Source: Macrostomum lignano (lineage: Eukaryota). Taken from it: a DNA stretch of 64,000 nt. The stretch lies in contig NIVC01000881.1 in the NCBI GenBank assembly GCA_002269645.1, positions 1 through 64,000 of the forward strand. Reading direction: 5' to 3'. Of this stretch, positions 25,901 through 37,900 are shown piece by piece. The position numbers were made by a program, and so were the translations under genes. Within the stretch, counting starts at the first letter, position 1; each line of letters starts with the position of its first letter. The notes under the pieces are model-generated. The model ran no database searches, was not told the DNA's origin, and was given only the letters and a program-made list of their open reading frames with translations.

Positions 25901-28900
25901 GTGCTAACTAATGGTCATCTCTTCTCCACTTTCCCCATAATTGTAATTTCAGTCTCAGGTGAGCTGCACAATTTTACCTGCGCCATGCTTGCAGTATCTT
26001 GGCGTTTTAATTATAGAGCTTTTTAACGCTAACAAATTAGCAAGCAATGCCTGAACATGCGCCATTGCACCTCCCTCCGCTACTCAACACAGACACCGGA
26101 TATTGTAAATTTTCAACTAAAAACTAATAATTTGAATAGTTTAGTGGATTAGGCACACGGTACTGTGGCCGCGTTAGCAACTGCACGCAAAGCAATTATA
26201 GATTTCAATTTGCACCATGACCTTACCTGTTACACCACTGCACCCTTTGTTAGACCGCGCCAATTTGATAGCTATTAACCCGTTATAAAAATACTGTTTT
26301 CTATGAGTAATTAATTTTGTTACAACTCAAACAAAATCGAATATTTATTTTATTTGGATAACGAAATAGAACAAGCTAATTTTGAATAGTAAAACAAATC
26401 AAAATGATTATAAATAAGTAGTCAGATAGGAGTAACATTTTAATTTAAGATTCATTTTGTAAGCAAATACGATTGCAAGTTTACAAAAAATTTCTGAATG
26501 TAAGATATTTGCGAATTTCTGCAATCCTAAATTTTCTATGGTTTTACTAAATTCAGTTCAAATTCGCGCCAAATATGATTTGTTAAACGAACATATTAAT
26601 CATATAAAAACAAGTTAGAACAATTTCTGACTTTTAAACTTTTAACCTTTTAAGCAGCCTATGAGAACTTTAAATCTACTTTCCAAAACTCAAACCATGC
26701 AGCTTAGGGTGTTTAAAAGTGGCTTTGATTGAGTTTAGAGGTTGTTAAACGATGCCCCCAGTTGGCGCGAATTTGAATTGACTTTCATTTAACGCTGAAA
26801 ATGCAGTATATCGACAAAAATAATTCCGTTGAATTTTTGATATTGTAAAAACTTAATGGGAACAGAAACCTTGAAGGAAATCCAAATAGTCTTGTTGTGA
26901 TTCAATATTAGTTTGCTTCCTAAAGACGCAGATATAAGTTGCTATGTTTACTAATAATTAACACATGATAAGAGCTTTAAATATTAATAAAATGGGTTAA
27001 AACGACAAGTATGAATTCCGAAGTTTTGCGCATCAAATTGAATTCAGTTTTAGCGAGTGAAGTTAATAATATCAATAAATATTTTTTAATTCAAGCAGCA
27101 TAATTAAAGCAGAATATGACAAGCACCCCCAAGTCACCTGTTTGTGCAGCTGAATGAGCTGCGATATCGGCAATGCAATTTCCGGGATTAAATTTAATGG
27201 CCTGAAAGTCCTAATTCAGCGCCATACACAAACCTCACCCTTCACCCAGTTCGTTGCACCTGATCACCTGCGCAAACCGGGTCCTAGCTAAAATCTATTT
27301 TAGAGCATAAGAGATATTCCAGTGCAAAAATTCTATTGCATAAAACAATTAACATTCTCAGCTCAGCGGAGTGGACGATTGTACTCAAGTATTGCTCAAC
27401 AGCGACTCGTTCAAAGCCTGCCGCGACTCCAAGAAGGTGGACATACTGGGCTATTACTACAGATTCTGCCAGAAGGAGAAGGCATGCGGCGGCATTCCCA
27501 ACATCGGCGAGCTCTACTGCACCGCGGCAATGAGCGCCGCCCGCGCCTGCAAAACTGCCGGCTTCCAGATCGACTTCTCAACTGATAGCAGATTGTCCAA
27601 GTGCGGTGAGTCTCGTTTACTGATAGCTACCAATGTCAGCTGTGGGGTCGCATGAATACTGAAGACTGTGCTGTCTAGGATTAAAGAAGTACCGATCCTC
27701 AACAATCCCGTACCTGTTCTCAACAATCCCGTACCTGTTCTCAACAATCCCGTACCTGTTATCAACAATCCCGTACCTGTTCTCAACAAACCCGTACCTG
27801 TTCTTAACAATCCCGTACCTGTTCTCAACAATACCGTACCTGTTCTTAATAATCCCGTACCTGTTCTCAACAATACCGTACCTGTTCTTAATAATCCCGT
27901 ACCTGTTCTCAACAATCCCGTACCTGTTCTCAACAATCCCGTACCTGTTCTCAACAATCCCGTACCTGTTCTCAACAATCCCGTACCTGTTCTCAACAAT
28001 CCCGTACCTGTTCTCAACAATCCCGTACCTGTTCTCAACAATCCCGCACCGATCCTCAACAATCCCGTACCGATCCTCAACAATCCAGTGCCGATCCTCA
28101 ACAATCCCGCACCGATCCTCAACAATCCCGTACCGATCCTCAACAATCCCGTACCGATCCTCAACAATACAGTGCCGATCCTCAACAATCCAGTGCCGAT
28201 CCTCAACAATCCAGTGCCGATCCTCAACAATCCAGTGCCGATCCTCAACAATCCCGTACCGATCCTCAACAATCCCGTACCGATCCTCAACAATCCCGTA
28301 CCGATCCTCAACAATCCCGTACCGATCCTCAACAATACAGTACCGATCCTCAACAATCCAGTGCCGATCCTCAACAATCCAGTGCCGATCCTCAACAATC
28401 CCGTACCGATCCTCAACAATACAGTACCGATCCTCAACAATCCAGTGCCGATCCTCAACAATCCAGTGCCGATCCTCAACAATCCCGTACCGATCCTCAA
28501 CAATCCAGTGCCGATCCTCAACAATCCAGTGCCGATCCTCAACAATCCCGTACCGATCCTCAACAATACAGTACCGATCCTCAACAATCCAGTGCCGATC
28601 CTCAACAATCCAGTGCCGATCCTCAACAATCCAGTGCCGATCCTCAAACAATCGCGTACCGATCCTCAACAATCCAGTGCCGATCCTCAAACAATCGCGT
28701 ACCTGTCCTCAACAATTTTCAGCTCCATCCTGCATGTCTGGCGGCGGCTCGTTCACCATCTGTGCCCGGACCTGCCGATCCTCGTGCAGCGACTTGAGCA
28801 GCACCAGCATCTGCGAGCTGGGCTGTTTCCCTGGCTGCGACTGCCAGTACGACAATCAGTATCGGGACGCCTACGGCACTTGCGTTCGCCAGTCTGAGTG

Positions 28901-31900
28901 CACCTGTCTGGACAGGTACAACCGGAACGGCAAAATCTATCGATCTGGCGCCGTCATCAGCCGTCAGTGCACAAATTGCACCTGCACTAACGGTGATTTT
29001 GCTTGCGGCAACAGCTCCTGCGCCGATAAGGTGGTCTGCCCTAAGGACCAAGTGTACTTGGAAACCATGCCGGCCTGTCAGAAGTGCATCAACTATGACA
29101 AGTGCCAGTCGAACCAGTCGGAATCGGGCCGGTGCGGCTGTCCCGGGGATCTTGTGAAGAAGGCGGACGTAAGTAAACACTGTAGACTTGCGAGCAGCTT
29201 TCATTGAATTCAACCAGCAGTCCTATAATGTCATCTTATAGTTTAGTAGAAAGTTAAATAAATGTATGCATTTTAGGATAAGACTCGTTTTTTGGCCCTC
29301 CCATCACCCAGGCTCCGAGCCTCTGACCGTGTCTTTCCGCACAAAATGTCTACCCCCCCTGGTCCGCCGCCCAGTGTTTATTGCCTTCCTCGGCTGGCTA
29401 ATGTACATTACGGCTGGGCCAATAGCGAGAAACTTTAAGCGTGTTAGCCATTTTATAATATCGTAAATTCAATTCATTATTTACATCCAAGTTGAGGGGT
29501 GAATTGAAAGGAGGCTATTTATAGCACAGTGTACATTCAAGCCACGTACATTAAAGAAAAGGGGTGAACTTGATTCAGATTCAAAAGAGGTCTATTTTTA
29601 GCTCTAAGTACATTTAAATTGCTACAGCCGCGCACGCCTCAGCTGAGGGTACAAAGGGTAAGAAAATGAGGATAAAGTGGTTGCGTGAGAAGGAAAATGG
29701 ACAATTGCTTGACCGTAAGGACAGAAGCAGACAAGCATAGAGGGTATACTTCATTGATTGCTACGCACGGTATAATTGGGGTTTCAATCGATTTTCTCTC
29801 AATTTTCTCTTCGTCACCAATATCCAGGGCTCCTGCGTTGCAAAGCCGCACTGTCCATGCATCTATCTCGGCACCGAGTATCTGCCAGGGCACATCTTGA
29901 AAATCGGCTGCAAGACCTACAAATGCGTGTCTAGAACTTGGACTAAAATAGCGGAGGACGCCACTAAATGCGAAGGTGGGTGATGCAAAAATTCTGTGCT
30001 GCCATGTCAGACAGTCAGCCAATTTTTTTCAAAATAATAATTCACAAACAATTTGAGCACAATTTTTGTATCACTTGCAGCCGTCTGTGTGGCCTATGGT
30101 GATCCGCACTACAGCACATTCGACAGGAAGGCCTACTCGTTTCAGGGCAGCTGCCAGTACATCCTCATGAAGTCCGACGCCAACGCCGCTCTGGGCTTGC
30201 CGCCTATCGAGGTCTCGGCTCAGAATATTCCCTGCGGCTCCCAGCAGGTCACCTGCACCAAGTTTGTGCGGGTCAAGGTTGGCTCGGACACCTACGTGCT
30301 GGTGCGGGGCCGGGAGCCCGACCAGCTTCCCGTGGCTATGAACTACGGAATGCGCAGGTGAGGAAACGAAACGTGTTCTATCTGACAATTGCTGTAACAT
30401 CTGGTTCTATCTGACATATTGCTGTAACAGCTGGTTCTATCTACCAGATTGCTGTAACAGCTGGTTCTATCTACCAGATTGCTTTAATACTATTTATATT
30501 TGAAAGACTGATGCAAAAGCGTCACAGATATTTCTATCTAATCTAACGCACTGCCGTGACAAAACGTTCCATCTAAAAGTCTAGCTATCTAACCCAAAGC
30601 GCCTCCCGAACACCAAATCTACCAGGGAGAAATTCACGCTGTTCACTCAGCTGGTGTCGGACCAGCTGGGCCTGCGCATCCTGTGGGACAGATCAACCAG
30701 GGTGTACGTGTTCGTCAAGCCACACTTCAACAGCAAAGTCAGCGGACTGTGCGGCAACTTCGACGGGAACGCCGACAACGATTTCACCATAAAGAACTTG
30801 CCGATCAACAATCCCATCGAGTTCGCGTCCAACTTTCGCACCGGCGGCGACAGCTGCGCGTCGGAGGAGAGCTCCGCCTCCAAGTCGCCGCAGAGCTGGA
30901 TTGAGATGTGCACCGCCAACAGCCGGCGGCGGGACTACGCCGAGTCTGTCTGCGGCGCCATCAAGAGCAAGACTGGCGTGTTCAGCGCCTGCCAGCAAGT
31001 CTTAGAGCAGGACGTCATCGAGAACTTCTACGAGAACTGCATGTACGACGCCTGTGGCTGCGACACTGGCGGCGACTGCGAGTGCGTCTGCACTGTGCTG
31101 TCCGCCTTCGCCACCACCTGCGCTGAGAGCGGCGTCTCCGTGCAGTGGCGCTTCCAGGACCAGTGCCGTGAGCCGAATATACTACTGTCAGGGTCCGCTG
31201 AATTGGCAGTAGGGGGCGTCTAGCAGTGCTTGGAACTTATTGGGCGATTTATTTAAAGAAATAATTGTTCGCTTCAAAGTAACTTGGCAGGATTCGGCAT
31301 TTCTGTTTTTTTATCACTACATGGAACTTAAACACGTACTACTTTAAAAACTTGATGATCCAGCTAACTAAAAGCTACTTTCAGTTCAGTAGAAAGTTAT
31401 TAAATAGAAGTATTTTAATGTATTTTAGGTCAAGACTCGTTCATTGGTCCTCTTACCCTCGTCAAGCTTAATCCCACCGGCCGCGGCTTTCCGCACAAAA
31501 TCTCTTACCCCCACCCGCCGCCCAATTTTTATTGCCTTTCTCAGTGTTCCAGTCTGAAGCTGCCATGTACATATATATGCTCGTGTATTGGATCCGGCCG
31601 CGGCTTTCCGCACAAAATCTCTTGCCCCCACCCCGCCGCCCAATTTTTATTGCCTTTCTCAGTGTTCCAGTCTGAAGCTGCCATGTACATATATAGGCTC
31701 GTGTATTGGATCCGGCCGCGGCTTTCCGCACAAAATCTCTACCCCCGCCCCGCTGTCTGCCTAAAGCTGCCTGCCATGTACATTTCAGCGGCGCTGGCTA
31801 AATGTACATTACCAATAGCCACTTGTTTACGTCTGCAAGTCACACCAGCTGCCTTTGTTTTCCTAAAATAGCTTACACATTCTTGCTTGCTACTGAACTG

Positions 31901-34900
31901 AAAGTAGAGAAAGTGTTTAACAAGTAAATCTACCCAAAAAGCCCATCCAGTTATTATAGTATCTATGGCTTCCATGTTCACCAGCCCGATTCTACTGGCA
32001 ACACGCGAACCTGTACGAGCTACTCTTGAATTGCTATTGGACGAAACAGTTAGCACCTGACAGCTTCTCAGCCCATAGAGACCTGAAAAGTGTGTTGCCA
32101 GTGGAACAATGTCCTTGCGATTATAAAACTTCTGCGCATGCACATTATTTAATTAGTAATCTCTATACCTTTCTGGTTATCCTGAGAATATTTGAAGCCA
32201 CAAGTGAGAAATTGATAAAGTTAATCAGCATTTAGCGTTACATCCTCTTTCTACCAGGGGTAATTGATTTCAGTTATTACAGTTTTCATATTACTGTAAC
32301 CCTATTGCTGCAGCCATCATGTGCACTGGCGGTCGCGTCTACCAGCCCTGCATGCCACCCTGCGCCAAGACCTGCCACAATGTCGGCCTGGAGCCGGAGC
32401 CCCACTGCGTCAACAGCCAGTGCATCGAGGGCTGCGCCTGCCCCAACGGCTATGTTGAGCACGACAATGAGTGCATACCCAGTGACAACTGTCCCTGCTT
32501 CTACCAGGGCAAGGAGTACCCCAAAGGTTCTGTCATTCACAATACCACCAGCTGTTCAACCTGCAGCTGCACCAAAGGCGGTGTGATGAACTGCACTAGC
32601 GACAGCTCAGTGTGCCGGCCGACTAAGCCAACTTGCACTGAGAACCAATACGCGTGCAATGTGACCGGAATGTGCATCAGCTACAGCCAGTTCTGCGACG
32701 GCACTCTGGATTGTCTGTACGGAGACGACGAGAAGAACTGCAGTAAGTAGCATGCGATTGTGTATAGCTAGCTCATTGCGAGCTGGTCTTCAACCTGGCC
32801 TATGCAGTAACTCGGATCTGGGAGGCTGGCCCAGCAACTGAGGACCTGGTAGGCCGGCGGTGACCCAGAAACTGAGGATCTGGAAGGGTAGCGATGAGAG
32901 TCATGAGAGTCTGGGAGGGCGGCGGTGGCCTGACGTTGACTCCGGGAGGGTGACCCAGTAACTGAGAATCTGGAAGGCTGGCAGCCCAACCTAAGGATCT
33001 GATAGTGAGGCGGGGCGAAAAACAAGCCAGAGCACCCGAACTCAACCCGCAGACACAACCTGCTCGCCGTCGTACTTCCGCTGCATCACAACGCAGCAGT
33101 GCGTGGCCATGTCTCTCAAATGCGACGGCATTCCTCAGTGCACGGACGGTTCGGACGAGTTAAACTGCGGTGAGACCAGACGAACTGAAGAATCCCCCAT
33201 TTGCATATTGATTTTAAAGTTTTATTACAATAATGAACCGAGAATATATTTTACGCATACTTAGGACTCGAATGCTAAACCGCATCTCATTGCAGGTTGC
33301 AATCCAACTGAGATTCAATGCAACAAAACCGGCAAATGCCTGCCAAAGCAGAAACGATGCGACGGAGTCTACGACTGTGGACTGCCCGACACGACTGACG
33401 AAAACGACTGCAAGAGTGAGAAATATTTCATGGAAATTGTTTCAAATTTGAACAACTTTTATAAAAGTCGCTAATCGACTTCATTCATAAAACTGCTTAT
33501 TTTCCACCTGGCAGAGTGCGACGAAGTGTCTGAGTTCAAATGTGGGGCAGCAGACACCACAGAAACCAAGTGCATTCCACGAGTCAACCACTGCGATGGC
33601 CACGACGACTGTGGAGACGGCAGCGACGAAATTGGCTGCAGTAAGCTCAGAAAGTCAAAATCGCAAAAACTAGCGACTTTAATTTAAACTTGGAAACTAC
33701 TCAATCTTACATTTAGAATGCCTCTGCATGGAAAAGGACACTGTTATATGCGATCAGTGCAAGTGCATCAATGTGACACAACTCTGCGACGGAAATCGCG
33801 ATTGCGAAGTGAGTAAAAAATGTTAAATTTTGTTTTAGCTGAACCTGCTCAAATATTAATAAATAAAATTGAATTAATCAAATAAAAAAACTTCTCCGCC
33901 AAACGAAATGAAGGACGGAACCGATGAACAGTCCTGCACAACAACATCTACGACAACTACAACAACTACACCGACATCTACAACAACGTCAACATCAACA
34001 TCAACATCGACAACGACAACAACACCTACAACAACAACGACCTCGACGTCGACGACCACAACTCCACCGTCTACAACAACTACGACACCATCATCAACAA
34101 CGACAACCTCAAGCTCAACAACGACCACAGCACCAACGACGACAACCTCGACGTCGACCACCACGACATCGCCGTCGACGACTACTACGCCGCCTTCGAC
34201 AACCACGACTACAGAGAACATTCTTGCAAAGAGCACCTCCTTGCCGCAGCGTTGCATTGAGGAAGACGGCATGGCGAACAATGGTCCAATTGGGTTGAGC
34301 GACATCTCTGTGAGTGCTTCCACTCAAGGTGTTGGACTCATTGCGCAAAGCGAGTTGAACCTCCTTCGTCCGTCGACGAGTGGTCTTGATGTCAACCGCG
34401 CACCTTCAGTAACCCGCAAAGATGAAAGCATTTCCTTTGACTTCAATGTCAGTGGCGACGACGGCAGTCAGTCGATTATTGGAAAGCTCAGCATCATTTC
34501 AAGCACTCCAGGATTGATTACGTCAATCCAGCTGTATGAATCGTCTGGCGTTGCTGCAACCTTCACATTAGTAAAATCTGCCAACAGTGCTGAGGACGTG
34601 GCCACGTGTAGCAATAACTTTATCGAGTGTGCCTCAATCGGCGGCCTTGGTCTACAGACAAACAGAATCAGAATCAAGTTCAACTTCATCAATACGAACA
34701 ACCTTCCGGTCAATGTTCAGGTAAGCATGCTAGGATGTTACACAAGACTTTCGACCACAACATCAACGTCGACGTCGACGTCGACGTCTACGACAACATC
34801 CACATCAACCACAACTACGCCGCCGTCGACCACAACCACTACGCCAACATCGACGACGACAGCCTCAACGTCGACTACAACAACGCCGCCGTCGACCACA

Positions 34901-37900
34901 ACTACTAAGCCGACGTCTACCACTATCACATCGTCAACAACAACAACATCGCCAACTACAACGTCTTTTTCGACATCGACAACGACAACAACGACACCAA
35001 CAACGACTTCTGCAACGACAGTCACCACACCGTGCACCGGGGACAACGTTCGCTGTCTAAATGCCGCTGGTGTCAGCATTTGTGCCCACGTATGCGATGG
35101 CATCGTTGAGTGCAGGAACGGAGAAGATGAACCTCCGTCGTGCTTGTGTAAGCTGGCAAATCATATTGTGACAGCCTCTGTCTTGTAGTAGCGGGTATGC
35201 CTTGTATCTTCTTCGTAGCCTTAGATATTCTCTTTGTCGATGATCGTAGAAGCATACCAATAGCTAGCATCGAATATAGTGGAATTCGATATGCCCGTAC
35301 GTTGTCTTTAGTTTCTGCTCAATGCATCACACTGACGAATTTCAATCATATAGGCAATCTTAGGCTGTGTCTCGTACGAGCTTATTTCTTGGCATATAGA
35401 CGATTTACTCGTACTGAGTATGTAGACAAACCCTCCATTAAGTGACTTCATTTTTGCATTTGCTGTAAAAAGTTGAGAACTTATCCGAAAACTATTTAAA
35501 CAAATTTCAAACAGCTGTCAGTCAAAGCAGCCTTCTAAAAGTTTTCCCTCTGACCTAAATAGGTTATTCAAGCTTTAGTAAAAATAGAACAACAGAATTG
35601 CCTTTAACCTTTGCGCATTGCAGCCACAACAACAACGACTACGTCGACAACTACCGGCATCGTGCGAGTTTGCGAGCCAGATGAACAGGATGGAATGGCG
35701 ACGGACTCGGTGATCAGAGACGAGGACATCAAAGTGAATCCCAGTTCGTCAGCCAAGAAGCCGAAGTCTGACCTGCGGCCAGTCTCACCAGACTACTTTG
35801 TTCTTAACACAACGGGACTGAACGCGACATTAACAATCTCGCTGACACAAAACACTAAAATCAACTCTCAGTTGACTCGGCTTGAGCTAATATCGACGGA
35901 CTTTTTCATTCCAACTGCATTTATAGTCGTTGAATTTAAAAAAGCTGAGGATTCGGACTACACACAATTGGCTAATTTGACGAGCACTAGCAGAAACTGC
36001 TTCCCGGATCTGCTGCACTGCGCTTTGCCAGCCAATTCAAATCCGTTGACGGCGCAAGAAGTTCGGCTGACGTTTTCATTCGTGCAGGAAACAACCATGT
36101 CCTTAAAGCTCTCGGTCTTTGGTTGCTTTGAAAAACTAACAACAACTCTGCCGCCAACCACAATGTACACCACAACTGAACTTGTAAAGGCAAAGACGGA
36201 GACCACGCCTCCTCGTTGCGTAGAAAAAGATGGTATGGCAGATTCGAACATAATCACCACGGAAGAAATGTACATTAGAAGCGCATCTCTCGGAGTGAAT
36301 TCGTATGCCGACCGCAGTTTAGATGATCTGAGGTTCAGCAAAGCAGGAACTGGATTCCAAATCACAGGCAATACAAATACACCAACGACAGAGTCCATTC
36401 AGCTGGATTTCTTTGTTGCAGGTGACGACGGAAGTGCCTCGATAATAGGTGCACTGCAAATTGCCCAGGTTGGACCCAAGTCACTGATAAAAAAGGTGGA
36501 GCTCAGAGCCAATTACAACAATTCATCACCCGAAGATTTGATTGTAAGCGCCACTGAAACATCAGGCATAACAGCTTGCTTTAATGACATGATCCAATGC
36601 GCGAAAATACCTGGCCAAGGACTAACGGCTACAAAAATATCCATTACGATTTCCTTTGTTAATATAATGCCTCAGCACATAAAACTACAAATACTCGGGT
36701 GCTATCAAACTATCGAAACGTCGACAACAACCACGACGTCGACTACGACAACGCCGCCGTCGACCACAACTACTACACCAACGTCGACAACAACCACAAC
36801 GCCTTCAACAACAACTACAACACCAACATCGACGACGACAACTACAACACCGACTTCGACGACGACTACTACAACACCAACTTCGACGTCGACTACGACA
36901 ACGCCGCCGTCGACCACAACTACTACACCAACGTCGACAACAACCACAACGCCTTCTACGACCACGACACCGCCGTCGACGACAACTACGACACCATCAA
37001 CTACGACCACTACACCAACAACCACGACAACGTCGACGTCGACTAGTACTACAACGCCTTCCACTACTACAGTGCCGCGTGTTTGTATTGAAATTGATGG
37101 ACTTTCGAACCCATTCATCATCTCACCATCGAATATTCAAGTAATCGGTGGAACACAGTCTGGATACACGGCTTCTGATTTAGAAAAGTTGCGCCTGTCA
37201 TCACCAGTCCCATTTAATTTGAACCGGCCAACAGCCACATCTTTTAGTAATCCAAATGAGAACATTCTAATTGAAGTGAACCCTGCAGCTGAATCGACCA
37301 GCGGAGTAGAGATTGGACGAATTGAGCTGAGGTTTACAGCCCCCGAAGTAACAGCCATTCGAGTGTACAACAAGCCGACGCTTTCTCAACCAAATTGGGA
37401 CACTTACTATTTCTCTGGCAGCAATCTCACGAACTGCAAGTCAGACCTAATGGTGTGCCTTAGTACAGTCTCTATTGTGTCGAAAATGCTTCGATTCGAG
37501 GTCTTCTACACATCTGTAACTGACAAAAACAGCATCGACCTCCAAATTGGAATATATGGATGTTTCAAGCAAGGCTCCACAACTTCACCGTCGACAACGA
37601 CCACGCCCACATCGACGACTACCACTCCAACGTCAACAACCACAACAACGCCTTCAACAACTACCACCACTCCGTCGTCAACAACAACCACAACGGCTTC
37701 AACAACTACAACACCAACTTCGACGACCACAACCTCGACGTCGACTACGACAACGCCGCCGTCGACCACAACCACTACACCAACGTCGACAACAACCACA
37801 ACGCCTTCAACAACAACTACAACACCAACATCGACGACGACAACTACAACACCTCCTTCTACAACTACGACCTCAACATCGACAACCACAACGCCAACGT

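Noticed and set aside
27514-28897. LNNPVPI / LLRIGTG / IVEDRHW repeat ORFs resembling pentapeptide or LRR proteins
   Set aside because: They come from the 21-bp intronic array, which is open in several frames; the flanking C8 and TIL exons splice in phase across it.
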